A DNA stretch of 64,000 nucleotides. It comes from Eledone cirrhosa. Taxonomy: Eukaryota. Positions 26,215 to 40,076 of this stretch are shown in pieces. The position numbers were made by a program, and so were the translations under genes. Below the pieces are notes generated by a model that was not told the origin of the DNA, did no database searches, and saw only the letters and a program-made list of their open reading frames with translations. Each line of letters begins with the position of its first letter. The stretch's first letter is position 1. The stretch is taken from the NCBI GenBank assembly GCA_964016885.1, contig CAXHJY010001592.1, positions 1 to 64,000 on the forward strand, written 5' to 3'.

Positions 26215-27212
26215 GTTTTCTCTTTCTCTTAATTTCGAGTATATTTTTTTTGACCGGCCACCTTCCTGGTGGCAAGGTTGTAAAAGAAAAGAAATTGTCA
26301 TCCCTTGAATCGCAATAATGTTTTGCATATTTTGAAGGTGCCAGCTATCGCAGCCATTTGTAGACTATGAATTAGGGAGCTGCGCTTTTTGTCCGCAAAT
26401 CCAAGTTCGGTCATACTTTGGTCCAAGCGGGTTGGTATATAACCCGTAGCACCAATAATGATGGGTATGAAGCTAAAGGTGTATCTTGGATACTGGATTT
26501 GTAAGCTCCTCATCAATGGTCCGTAGATGTCCTCCTTCTCCTGTATTTTTCTGACAACGTTTACATCAAGTGGGCAGCTTATCTCCACAACAGAACACGT
26601 TTTCAATGTGTGGTCCCAAACTACAATATCAGGCCGGTTGTGCTTTAATTTGGTGGCAGTTTTTATTTTCAGGTTCCACCAGTATTCCTTAGTGCCATCT
26701 GTCTCAATATATTCTTCCTCGTTTGTTGTTAATTTTGTTTTCCGAAGTGCGTTCCAGATAGTTCTAGCTATCCCATCGTGTCTCATGGGGAGGTAGTAGC
26801 GAGATGACATTCTTTCGCAGCTGGCAACAATGTGGCTTACATCCTCGATCTTTGTTTTACATAGCCTACATTTATTGTCAGCTGCTGGCCCTCCTCTTTT
26901 GTGCAGCAGATATTTGGTAGGGAGTTCTTGTTCCTGTATTGCATAGAGATATCCCTCAAGGTGTGATGTCATAAACTTGTCGGAACTCCATGCCAGGCTT
27001 TTTGAGTGGTTTATCCCCTCTATGGTCTGTGTTTTACGCCTCAAGTATCCATGCACAACTTTCTCTGTAAATTGGTCAATTTTTTTTTCTTGTTTGAACA
27101 TTGAATAGGATCTTCCGATTTCTCTGGGTGAGAGATTTATATCAGGCTTTATTCCATATCTCTCCTCCAGATCAGTCGCTATTCTAATGATATTTCTTTT
27201 TTCATGCTCATA
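26215..27212 (-). mobile_element. R4/Dong-like non-LTR retrotransposon 3' end with restriction-like endonuclease, inserted in (CATA)n
   Basis: AIQEQEL.TK, CRLC...EDVSHIVASC (CCHC), RHDGI, RPDIVVWD...VEISCP...KEDIY in the open frame 27212-26298. (TATG)n lies on both sides. Confidence 0.88.
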
Positions 27213-27372
27213 ATGTATGTATGTATGTATGTATGTATGTATGTATGTATGTATGTATGTATGTATGTATGTATGTATGTATGTATGCATGTATGTATGT
27301 ATGTATGTATGTATGTATGTATGTATGTATGTATGCATATATGTATGTATGTATGTATATATGTATGTATAT

Positions 27373-28665
27373 GGGAGAGATGACCCCTTAGCCTTTGTCA
27401 AGGCAGAATTCTAGGAGAAGGAAAACTCTGATATAGCACCTGCAACCCTGATGGTATCCAATGATGTTGACTTGTTCTTCTTTTTGGTAAATATCATCTT
27501 GGTTAAGAGAGTGGGACTGGCTTTGTGCAGTGCCTTTGCTCACTATAAAAGCTTCACGGCACAAGCATTGCTTTATATCTGGAGATCTCTCTGCACTTGT
27601 CGTCACATGGTCCCATGGGCCCAGCACTAAGTGTCAATAATTGTCACAAGTGTAGTGTTTGTACCAGAGTTTTCAAGTCGCTGGCTGGACTAAAAAGTCA
27701 CACTCGTTCAGCGCATCGGTAGGGGTTCTCCTACATGGATATAAAGTAGTGGCCGTACTCGAAAACGAGTTGGCAGCCACGATGTATGTATGTATGTATG
27801 TATGTATGTATGTATGTATGTATGTATGTATGTATGTATGTATGTATGTCAGGTCACCAGTTGGTGCTACTGGTAACATGTATGCCAGTACAACCCGTCT
27901 CATGGTCGGGTCGTTGGCGACTAAACTGGCAACCCCACCAATGTTTCTTGGTGAGGAGGGTGACTTTCGACACCCTGCAGGACTAAAAACAAAACCTGTC
28001 AAAGGGCAAAGGAGCTCTTAAGAGTCAATGGCCATCCAAAATCACCGGGAGAGATGACCCCTTAGCCTTTGTCAAGGCAGAATTCTAGGAGAAGGAAAAC
28101 TCTGATATAACAGCTGCAACTCTGATGGTATCCAATGATGTTGACTTGTTCTTCTTTTTGGTAAATATCATCTTGGTTAAGAGAGTGGGACTGGCTTTGT
28201 GCAGTGCCTTTGCTCACTATAAAAGCTTCACGGCACAAGCATTGCTTTGTGTCTGGAGATCTCTCTGCACTTGTCGTCACATGGTACCATGGTCCCAGCA
28301 CTATGTGTCAATAATTGTCATAAGTGTAGTGTTTGTACCAGAGTTTTCAAGTCGCTGGCTGGACTAAAAAGTCACACTCGTTCAGCGCATCGGTAGGAAT
28401 TCTCCCACATGGATATAAAGTAGTGGCCGTACTCGAAAACGAGTTGGCAGCCACCATATATATATGTATATATATATGTATATATGTGTGTATGTGTATG
28501 TATATATGTATATATGTATTTATATATATATGTATATGTATATATATATATGTATATGTGTATGTGTATGTATGTGTATATATATGTATATGTGTATGTG
28601 TGTATAGATGTATGTGTGTATATATGTATATGTATATATGTATATATGTGTATGTGTGTATATAT

Positions 28666-28697
<32 letters not shown>

Positions 28698-29480
28698 GTA
28701 TATGTATATGTGTATGTATATGTGTATGTATATATGTATGTGTATGTATGTGTATGTGTATGTGTATGTATATGTGTATGTATGTATGTGTATATGTATA
28801 TGTATGTATATGTGTATGTATGTATATGTATATGTATATGTATGTATGTCTATATGTATATATATGTATGTGTATATGTATGGGTGTATGTATATGTATA
28901 TGTATGTGTTTGTATGTCTATATGTATATATATGTATATATATGTGTATGTGTATGTATATGTATGTATATGAATGTATATGTATATGTATATGTGTATG
29001 TATATATATATATGTATATGTGTGTATATGTATGTATATGTATGTATATATGTGTGTATGTATATATATATATATGTATGTATATATATCAAAGGGCAAA
29101 GGAGCTCTTAAGAGTCAATGGCCATCCAAAATCACCGGGAGAGATGACCCCTTAGCCTTTGTCAAGGCAGAATTCTAGGAGAAGGAAAACTCTGATATAG
29201 CACCTGCAACCCTGATGGTATCCAATGATGTTGACTTGTTCTTCTTTTTGGTAAATATCACCTTGGTTAAGAGAGTGGGACTGGCTTTGTGCTGTGCCTT
29301 TGCTCACTATAAAAGCTTCACAGCACAGGCATTGCTTTATATCTGGAGATCTCTCTGCACTTGTCGTCACATGGTACCATGGGCCCAGCACTATGTGTCA
29401 ATAATCGTCACAAGTGTAGTGTTTGTACGAGAGTTTTCAAGTCGCTGGCTGGACTAAAAAGTCACACTCGTTCAGCGCAT
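27373..29480 (+). mobile_element. Three tandem copies of a short non-autonomous RTE-derived element separated by (TATG)n-type tails
   Basis: Copies at about 27373-27783, 27847-28456 (longest) and 29089-29480. They carry the RTE 5'UTR-like motif CTAGGAGAAGGAAAACTCTGA and a terminal C2H2 remnant, [24 protein letters not shown]. Confidence 0.75.
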
Positions 29481-29496
29481 ATGTATATATATGCGC

Positions 29497-29571
<75 letters not shown>

Positions 29572-29666
29572 AAGTAATTCCGTCGGAAAAGTCCAGAAAA
29601 AAAGAGTGCTCTATGTAGGTAACAGAGCTTAATAGTTATGTAATAAACAACATAGGGCAATTATTC

Positions 29667-29720
29667 CATTTACCAGTGGTTTCTTAAAAGCAAAAGATTT
29701 AGCTTTCAATCCTCAGAATG
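29667..29720 (-). ncRNA. Type I hammerhead ribozyme
   Basis: Reverse complement of the 36121-36174 motif, with one stem II mismatch. Confidence 0.82.
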
Positions 29721-29899
29721 AAAAAAATCCTGGTTTGTTTATTGAATTTGGATTTTAAAAACAAAAATGCAATCTATATGAAAGTGAGGCTGGAGAAGGA
29801 AGAAGGAAAGGAAAAATAAAATAAAACTACACATGCAAAGACACACAAAAACACGCACACTCACACACAAAAGCATACATACACACACACACACACACA

Positions 29900-30025
<126 letters not shown>

Positions 30026-30587
30026 CACACATATATATATACATATACATACACTCATACATACACACACACACATATATACACACATATATATATACAT
30101 ATACATACACTCATACATACACACACACACATATATACACACATATATGTGTGCATATAAATACACACAAACACATACACATACACATATATACATACGC
30201 ACATAAATATCAACACATCCATACATACACATACATATATACAACCACACACACATATATACGCACATACATACACATAGAAACATAAATATAAATACAT
30301 ATACATACACACATATACATACATATATATATATATGTGTACAAGCATACACATACACAAACATAGCCATACACACATACATATACATACATACATACAT
30401 GCACACAATCATACATATATACACACGTACATATATACACATACATAAATGCACTCCTCTACATATTCACACACGCAAATAAATATAATTAAAAAAATAT
30501 ATATATATATTTTATGTTTATTTTAACACGTCTGTTGAGAACTCTTATTCGATATGTGATTTTTTGTATTACAAAATTTACACTTAC

Positions 30588-30679
30588 TGAATTCTTTCGC
30601 CACGTGCGTCCAGTAACAGGTCCCCCTGTATTCTTGAACGAAACATCCGTTGAGAAAGCACGTTCCACGTTCATCTTTA
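30588..30679 (-). other. Candidate host-gene internal exon (92 nt)
   Basis: The minus strand reads TTCTAG|...|GTAAGT with open frame KDERGTCFLNGCFVQEYRGTCYWTHVAKEF. GC is higher than the flanks and the sequence is unique here. Confidence 0.35.
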
Positions 30680-31687
30680 CTAGAAGTCAGATATTTTTTT
30701 TATGTGGGCTGACAGTAATTGATTAAGGAACTGCAGAAACCCAAAAAGCTAGAATTTAACATCCTTCTAGCGGGTCCAGGTGAGTTTTTTACATTCATTT
30801 AATCTATTAATTTATTAATTTTTTATTTGAATGACCCGAATTTTCCTGGTCGTTTTTTTTCGGTTGTGCGATTGATTCTAAGCATCGTCTTTATGTGTTG
30901 GTATTTTAACGATAGTTATAGCTCTGGTTCATCCAAACTATTGAGCCCTCTGCTACACATGTCGAAGTTTGTTTATCGTTATTTCGTGGGCCGAAATTCT
31001 GATTCTCGATTATTTACTTATATATATATATATAAAAAATTTTTTGACAGCGATACAAACTGCAGGTAACTGGACAGACACGCGTGGTAAGTAATACACA
31101 CAAATGCACGTATACATACGTACGAAATAGTAAATACATACACACACTCTCGCACATAAATATACATATACAAATACATAAACACATACATACACATACA
31201 CAAATACATGCACAAACACGCACACGCACACGTATACAATTATACACACACACATACACACACATATGTATATGTAATTATATACACATACATATATATA
31301 TATATACATAAATATAAAAATACACACACACATATATGTATACATACACACACACATATACATACATAGCTATACAATTATACACATACAAATACGTACA
31401 TATCATAAACACGCACAACCAAACACAAACACACACACATACACACATATATATATATATATATATATACATACACATACATACACATATACATGTGTGT
31501 GTGTGTAAAACTCAGTCTTAGATAATTCATATGAACCTTACATATATATGGTAGTAAGGTAATAAAGTAATAAGCAACATAAAGCAATTATTCCATTCAC
31601 CAGTGGTTTATTAAAAGCAAAAAATGTTTCCTTCAATCTTCAGAATGAAAAAACCTGGTCTATCTACATATACATACATATACACAC

Positions 31688-31804
<117 letters not shown>

Positions 31805-31986
31805 AATATACATGCACATACACATAGGTATGTGAAGGGCAAGGCAAAAAGAATATATGGGTGGGGGACATAGGAAAAGGTGAAATATAAGGGGAGGTAA
31901 GGGAGAAAAAATTAAATATACAAGAGTACGGAACGTAGATTCAGCAAAATAAAAACCGTACCAGAAGTAAAGAGCAGAGAAGGAGT

Positions 31987-32680
31987 TCAAGGCGGTTGAT
32001 TTATCATAGGAGTGTCAATCCAGTTACAGATCAGATGCGATTTCAGATGAGGACAGCATCTGAAGATCTCAGTCTTTGAGTTAAGGCAAGCGGAAGTGGC
32101 TCTCAAGTTTAGCAAAATCCTATACTTTTCTGTGGTACACAAAGAACAATTCTTCGTGCCCCTTTGGTACTCCCTCGAATGGTCTAATATAGACCAATCA
32201 ATAGAGTACGGGATGTTACTATCCTTGAGTTCCCACACCTTACTTGCGAGGGGCGTTGATGTTCGTTTATCGGAGTGCTTAAAAGAAGCGACATGTGAGT
32301 AAAATCTGGTTTTAAACCTGTCCTGGGTCATACCGACATATCGCTCACTCCTGGCTGGCTGGTTGTTGATTACCGGTGTTATCTTAGCCTCATAAACAAC
32401 AGATTTGGTGTTACATTTACCCTGCAATGGGCATTCATCCGGCTTCCTGCAACTGCATCCTGGATTTATTCTCGTATGGTTTGAACTGGTGATTTTGGAC
32501 TTCATAGATGGGCAACAAGAGTAACTGATCTTAACTACGTTCCTATTAAATATCTTATAATATCTATGATTAGGAGGAAAATGTTTGTCTAAGAGTTCAA
32601 GGAATTTCCTTCCTACATTAGTTTTGACAGTTAGAGAGAAGGGGTGTGTGAACCAAATAATCTTCCTTTTCCTGTTATTG
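31987..32680 (-). pseudogene. 5'-truncated PLE ORF, GIY-YIG endonuclease domain
   Basis: KRKIIWFTHPFSLTVKTNVGRKFLELLDKHFPPNHRYYKIFNRNVVKISYSCCPSMKSKI...CSCRKPDECPLQGKC...VVYEA...YVGMT..FKTRFYSH...CSLCTTEK. Confidence 0.9.
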
Positions 32681-32729
32681 TGGTTAGTTTTAGGGGGGGG
32701 GGGGAGTAGGTAAATAATAATTTTTTTCT

Positions 32730-33222
32730 GTATACGAGAATAAATCCAGGATGCAGTTGCAGGAAGCCGGATGAATGCCCATTGCAGGGTAAATGTAACA
32801 CCAAATCTGTTGTTTATGAGGCTAAGATAACACCGGTAATCAACAACCAGCCAGCCAGGAGTGAGCGATATGTCGGTATGACCCAGGACAGGTTTAAAAC
32901 CAGATTTTACTCACATGTCGCTTCTTTTAAGCACTCCGATAAACGAACATCAACACCCCTCGCAAGTAAGGTGTGGGAACTCAAGGATAGTAACATCCCG
33001 TACTCTATTGATTGGTCTATATTAGACCATTCGAGCGAGTACCAAAGGGGCACGAAGAATTGTTCTTTGTGTACCACAGAAAAGTATAGGATTTTGCTAA
33101 AATTGAGAGCCACTTCCGCTTGCCTTAACTCAAAGACTGAGATCTTCAGTTGCTGTCCTCATCTGAAATCGCATCTGATCTGTAACTGGATTGACACTCC
33201 TATGATAAATCAACCGCCTTGA
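32730..33222 (+). pseudogene. Inverted, shorter copy of the PLE GIY-YIG domain
   Basis: Near-identical to 31987-32477, with a few substitutions (SREY/SSEY, LLNL/LLKL, FRCC/FSCC). Confidence 0.9.
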
Positions 33223-33402
33223 ACTCCTTCTCTGCTCTTTACTTCTGGTACGGTTTTTATTTTGCTGAATCTACGTTCTGTACTCTTGTATATATATTTT
33301 TTTCTCCCTTACCTCCCCTTATATTTCACCTTTTCCTATGTCCCCCCCCCCCATATATTCTTTTTGCCTTGCCCTTCACATACCTATGTGTATGTGTATG
33401 TG

Positions 33403-33499
<97 letters not shown>

Positions 33500-33717
33500 T
33501 TGTGTGTGTATATGTATGTATATGAGGATAGACCAGGTATTTTCATTCTGAAGATTGAAGGAAAAACTTTTTGCTTTTAATAAACCACTGGTGAATGGAA
33601 TAATTGCTTTATGTTGCTTATTACTTTATTACCTTACTACTATATATATGTAAGGTTCATATGAATTATCTAAGACTGAGTTTTACACACACACACATGT
33701 ATATGTGTATGTATGTG

Positions 33718-33782
<65 letters not shown>

Positions 33783-34211
33783 ATGTGTGTGTGTTTGTAT
33801 TTGGTTGTGCGTGTTTATGATATGTACGTATTTGTATGTGTATAATTGTATAGCTATGTACGTATATGTGTGTGTGTATGTATACATATATGTGTGTGTG
33901 TGTATTTTTATATTTATGTATATATATATATATATGTATGTGTATATAATTACATATACATATGTGTGTGTGTATGTGTGTGTATATGTGTGTGTATATG
34001 TGTGTATATATAATTGTATACGTGTGCGTGTGCGTGTTTGTGCATGTATTTGTGTATGTGTATGTATGTGTTTATGTATTTGTATATGTATATTTATGTG
34101 CGAGAGTGTGTGTATGTATTTACTATTTCGTACGTATGTATACGTGCATTTGTGTGTATTACTTACCACGCGTGTCTGTCCAGTTACCTGCAGTTTGAAT
34201 CGCTGTCAAAA

Positions 34212-34293
<82 letters not shown>

Positions 34294-35852
34294 AAAGTTA
34301 TATGTAAATTGTTGGGTTACAACTAGTAAATATTTATAACTGATATAAAAGCACTCAACAAGTATTTGGAGTATATTTACGATATTAAATAAATGGTTTT
34401 TATTTTTAATATGTAATATCTTTAATATGTAATATTTTTTTAGTTTTCTATTTTATTTATTTGTTTATTATATTTATTTTTATTTTTATTATTATTATTA
34501 TTATTATTTTTTGTTTTTGTTTCTGATATTTTTTTATATTTTTTATTAATATATTGAAATCTGCTCTCTATTTCTGCTTGATAGATAATCATGCAGAGTA
34601 AAGACAAGAATAGTATTGTTAAAATTAATATAGACTCTATATATATATGTGTATATATACACATATATGTATACTTAAATTTTTATAGCACAATGAGAAT
34701 GTTCTCCGTGTGAAATAGGGGTTTGCAGAGTTGATCACGTAAATTCACATCGATGTTTGTAGTTATCATATAAACATATGAATTTTTAAAACTAGACATA
34801 AGATCATTACTTTTCACACATTATGGATACGTGTCTCCTTCAGGAATACTGATATTTACATTATAGTGCCTGGTTTTTATACGAACTAATATTTCTACAT
34901 TAAAACATAGGGTTTAAATTTTGCCTCGCCTATGTCTGGTTACTTTCATTTTTCTCTCTATATAACGGCTGGTTTCTTTCCTAACCACATATATCTCCCT
35001 TACATTAATACTAGAGCTAAATAAATAAATAAATAAATAAATGTATCATTGATACGTTCATCCAACGGATGTCCAACTACCTACTTTTCTCTATATATGT
35101 CTATCTCTATCTATTTCCTCTCTCTCTATATATCTCTCTCTGTTTCTTTACATGAAGTTCTTCTCTTTATCTATCTTTCCATCTCTCTATTTTGTTGCAT
35201 GCATTTCTTCTTTTTCTTCTTTTTCTTCGTTTTCTTTCTTTTTCCTTCTTTCTCTCTTTCTTTCTTTCTGTTTACAATTTTTCACTGCCAAATCAACTTT
35301 TTCAAATACAAGTCGATGTTGAACGGTATGTCAAATCTATTTATCTATAAAACTGTCTATATTGTATTTTGTCTGAGGAAGGCATAACATATTGTTAATA
35401 TGATATCCCTGAAATATATACAATGAAATAAATATGGTTTTATAAATATAGTTTCCATTTATTTAATATCGTATATATATATATATATATATTTTTTTTT
35501 TCCTTATATTTATTTGCGTGTGTGAATATGTAGAGGAGTGCATTTATGTATGTGTATGTATGTACGTGTGTATATATGTATGATTGTGTGCATGTATGTA
35601 TGTATGTATATGTATGTGTGTATGGCTATGTTTGTGTATGTGTATGCTTGTACACACATATATATATGTATGTATATGTGTGTATGTATATGTATTTATA
35701 TTTATGTTTCTATGTGTATGTATGTGCGTATATATGTGTGTGTGGTTGTATATATGTATGTGTATGTATGGATGTGTTGATATTTATGTGCGTATGTATA
35801 TATGTGTGTGTGTGTATGTATGAGTGTATGTATATGTATATATATATATGTA

Positions 35853-35966
<114 letters not shown>

Positions 35967-36120
35967 CGTGTATGTATGCTTTTGTGTTTTTGTGTGCGTG
36001 TTTTTGTGTTTGTAGTTTTATTTTACTTTTCCTTTCCTTCTTCCTTCTCCAGCCTCACTTTCATATAGATTGCATTTTTGTTTTTAAAATCCAAATTCAA
36101 TAAACAGACCAGGATCTTTT

Positions 36121-36174
36121 CATTCTGAGGATTGAAAGCAAAATCTTTTGCTTTTAAGAAACCACTGGTAAATG
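36121..36174 (+). ncRNA. Type I hammerhead ribozyme
   Basis: CATT-CTGAGGA-TTGAAAGCAAA-ATCT-TTTGCTTTTAA-GAAA-CC-ACT-GG-TA-AATG. Confidence 0.85.
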
Positions 36175-36222
36175 GAATAATTGCCTTATGTTGTTTATTA
36201 CATAACTATATATATATATATA

Positions 36223-36740
36223 TAAACGGAAAAAATGAAACGAAATTTCATTTCCCACTCTTAGTACGACTGTTACTTAAATATAAGTATGTACACGTAC
36301 ATACATATATGTATACAGACGTACAGTAGTATGTATATATATATACATACATGCACACATATATATATATATGTACGTATGGATTCACCGAACATTTATT
36401 ATAATGCTCGGTGTGTTTGTAAACAAACATCCCGTATTAAGCCGTAGTATCCAGCAACCATCGTTGCTCGTTTTTTCAACACTGACAAAGGAACGCTGTA
36501 CTAGTTTCAAGCTTATTAGCTATCGTCAGCAACGTATACCTTCCTGCCAGATTGTTGAACGTATATACTTACCTTATGCATATTAACGGCTGAGTAGCCC
36601 AATTTGCATATCGAGTGGGTTAATTAGCCGGGTGCACCGAAAACGATAAACGGAAAAATGAAACGATATTTCATTTCCCACTCTTAGTACAGCTGTTACT
36701 TAAATATAAGTATGTACACGTACATACATATATGTACGTG
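36223..36740 (-). repeat. About 1.2 copies of a ~424-bp HHR-containing monomer (retrozyme-like)
   Basis: AAACGGAAAAA..TGAAACGA.ATTTCATTTCCCACTCTTAGTAC recurs at about 36224 and 36648. A partial second locus lies at about 55545-55770. Confidence 0.8.
36493..36535 (-). ncRNA. Type I hammerhead ribozyme
   Basis: Minus strand: ACGTTG-CTGACGA-T-AGCT-AATA-AGCT-T-GAAAC-TA-GTA-CAGCGT. Confidence 0.85.
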
Positions 36741-37265
36741 TACATATTTCATTGCTGAAATAAATAGCTAAGTAGCTAAATGATCAAAGGTGGCAGATAT
36801 CAGAATCGATAGAAAAGATGAGACAAAATGGTTAGCAGTGTTTCGTAACTTATGTTTATGTGCGTGTGTATGTGTGTGTGTGTTTTTTTGTGTGTGTGTG
36901 TAGGTCTATGTGTGTGCTTGTGTGTGTATGTATGTGTATGTACTTGTGTGTTTGTGTATGTGTGTGTTTTTGTAGGTCTATGTGTGTGTGCTTGTGTGTG
37001 TGTGTTTGTATATGTATGTGTGTGTGTTTGTGTAGGTCTATCACCCATATATATCTATTCACCCATATCCCTCAATTTTCCCCACCATGAAACACATCTC
37101 ACCTATGTCTGTAATGTAATATAAACAGTGAAACTATCAGATCTGGGGCAGCTTCACATAAAACGTTAATTGAAATCAGACCAATTCATTCTCGATCTTC
37201 AATATCTTTGGCTATGGTATGTTAAGTAGGCAATTAGTACATGTGGTATATGTTTATGGTTATCT

Positions 37266-37340
<75 letters not shown>

Positions 37341-37711
37341 CGTATAAAAAGGAAGTCTATTTATTTATTTGCATTCCAGCCGAGGGGTTGAGGCCATGCT
37401 GGAGCACCGCTGGACGCTAATAACACTAAATAAAATTTGTAATAGTTAAGACTTTTCGTGTTTTCAACTAATCTGAACTCCGGTTTACTCGCCATCGACT
37501 TTTTCTCCGAAAATAAACTGAAGGTGTGGTATGGAGTTTTTGGGGGGAGATTTTACTGCTATTTCTAGCATATTGACTCTATGGCAGGTATTCTTGGTGG
37601 TTTATACATTCATATAATTTATTTCTATCTCTGTCTATTCTTCTCTATCTTACTTAATGTCTCCCGTTATCTCTTTCTCACTCTCCCTCTCTCCCTCTCT
37701 CCCTCTCTCTT

Positions 37712-37742
<31 letters not shown>

Positions 37743-37765
37743 GCACACGCCCACACACGTATATA

Positions 37766-38138
37766 TCTATATATATAAAGTTATAGTTCCTGTCTGTTTG
37801 TTTGTTTGTTTGCTCACGAACTCCTCCTATAGTTTTGGAGATAGACACCCATAACCATATATATTCTGAAACTACATTGCCCAGGGTACTTGGATAAGTA
37901 TATTTCATTTAAATAAAAGGGTTCTACGGGGGCACAAACCCCCGCTGAAAATTTTTTCCCGTCGATTTATATGAAATTTAAACCATAGGTAAATGACAAG
38001 ATATGCAAATTTCAATAATATTAACACACCCTAATGGAGTTTTTCTCCATAAATTATATCACTTATTTAAAATCAATAATCATTTTCTTACAAAAAAAAA
38101 ATGTGTGAAACGCAGCAAGGTGCGTGTAATTCGGCTAG
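37766..38138 (+). mobile_element. Non-autonomous Helitron
   Basis: 5' A|TCTATATATATAAAG, (GTTT)n near the 5' end, subterminal hairpin ACGCA-GCAAGG-TGCGT and 3' CTAG|T. Confidence 0.75.
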
Positions 38139-38213
38139 TATATATATATATATATATATACGTGTGTGGGAGTGTGTACACACACATACACACACACACA
38201 CATACACACACAT

Positions 38214-38249
<36 letters not shown>

Positions 38250-38479
38250 GTATATATGGAACAGCCACCCACGACATTTTGTTTTCGACCGATCTGACAT
38301 CCGCCTCACTCGCCAACGATTACTTTTTTCGAAAACGAAGATGGGGAAGCGGGACCCTCGGAGTTAGAGATAACCACCTATCAGCCGTTTAAATTTATAG
38401 AAAAGCAATCCCTTGTTACTGTAGGATTTCTTTCCTTCATCATTTTGTATTGTTGAGGAAAGTGTTGTAAACTTAATCA

Positions 38480-39060
38480 AGTATTCCCCAATTTCAAAAA
38501 CTACCATTCCAACGAGGAGTGGTTGTGTGAAAGAGCAATCATTGCCATCCAAAACATCACAGTGAATGCCATCAACAAAAATCTCACACAAATGATCCCT
38601 GAATGTAGCCAGACCTATAAATATCTCAACAGTCTTGAACCATCCGGTATGCTGTCATACAGCCTTGAATTGAAGAAATGCACAGTCATCATGCTTCTCA
38701 GAAACCAGGATCAGCCATGATTGTGTAATGGGACGCATATGGCCGTGATTGAATTACAGCTTTACATTATCGAAAATAAAAGTGGATGTGGTAAGGAAGA
38801 CATCGTATTTATACCTAGAATGCCACTAATATCAACAGATGTCTTCTTTCGTTTCAAACGATTGCATTTCCCAGTGAGAGTCGGTTACACAATGACCATT
38901 AACAAGTCCCAAGGTCAAACACTGCAGCTTGTCGGTCTCCATCTAAAAGGGCTGTTATTCACAAGGTCAATTGTATGTAGGTTGTTCCAGAGTAGGAAGC
39001 CCACACAAACCCTTCATATATGCTCCAAAGAAAACAGTTAAAAACATTGTATATACTGAA
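38480..39060 (+). pseudogene. Helitron PIF1-like helicase C-terminal remnant
   Basis: WLCERAI...IMLLRN..P*LCNGT...VFIPRMPL...FKRLHFPVRVGYTMTINKSQGQTL...GQLYVGCSRVG, with a stop and a frameshift. Confidence 0.9.
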
Positions 39061-39129
39061 TTTCAATAAATGTTTGCCAATTTTTGTAGAATACATTTTT
39101 CTGTTATTATCTTTATTACTTTCTTTTTT

Positions 39130-39320
39130 TGGGCGGTGGATTGGCAGTATCGGTAGAGGGTCGGACGCCATGCTTTTCAGCATAGTTACGTCCCTTTACG
39201 GACTGAGTTCAAATCCCGCCGAGGTTAACTTTGCCTTTCATCCTTACGGTATCGATAAAATAAAGTACCAGTAATACACTGGGATAATTGCTGGCCTTGT
39301 GCCAAAAGTAGAAACAATTA
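39130..39320 (+). mobile_element. tRNA-derived SINE, full length
   Basis: GGGCGGTGGATTGGCAGTATCGGTAGAG...GAGTTCAAATCC...GTAGAAACAATT. Confidence 0.9.
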
Positions 39321-39439
39321 TCTTTATTACTTTCTGTATTTAGATATTCTAAATAGATTCTTAAAATTATGTTATGCAATATTTAAATACCTTTTTACAT
39401 ATTTTATTCTAAGGAAAATTGACATTACGGCAGATAACA

Positions 39440-39700
39440 ATAGGTGACAGCCAGGCTGAATAGGAAAAAACTGTCAAAGTATCGGTCGCTTTCTGATAGG
39501 TTTGTAGTTGAACCTGTGGCAGTGGAGACTTACGGCGTTCTTGGCCTCCGGACCACATCCTTGTTCACTGCTCTCAGAGCAGAGTTGGCAACCCGCCAGT
39601 GCGAGCTCCGCGAGGTGGAGTAGCTGGTCCAGCGCGTCTTCCTTGCTGTCTTCCAGGGCAATGTCCTGGGCCGGAACTACGAGGAGGACTGACTTTTAAG
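39440..39700 (+). pseudogene. CRE-like non-LTR retrotransposon RLE-domain remnant
   Basis: EKTVKYRSLSDRFVVEPVAVETYGVLG...LVQRVFLAVFQGN resembles the K..KY...P.AVET.G...QR.S.A.QRGN end of CRE elements. Confidence 0.65.
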
Positions 39701-40035
39701 TTTCATTTATCGTGGTGGCATGTGGAATAGATTTACTTCTATAAGCATGAGTTGGTTGAGAAACGAAATAAGTATCAATTCAGGTTTATATTTTTTCTGA
39801 TTTTTTAAACAACGAATATCTATTGCTGTAAATTAAAAATATATTACCGAAAGTTTCTTTTTTGTCTCTGTGGAAGGAAGAAAATGTTTTATTTCACGTA
39901 TGGATGTGCGTACTTGAGTGTATGTGTGAAAATGTATATGTATGTGAGTGTATACTTATGTATGTGTGTGTAGGAGGTTTAATAGATTAAAAGATATATT
40001 TCATTAAAAGAATGCGTATATGATTTTGGTGTGGT

Positions 40036-40076
<41 letters not shown>

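Noticed and set aside
39130-39225. tRNA genes
   Set aside because: The A and B boxes belong to a high-copy SINE head. There is no proper cloverleaf, and a SINE body follows.
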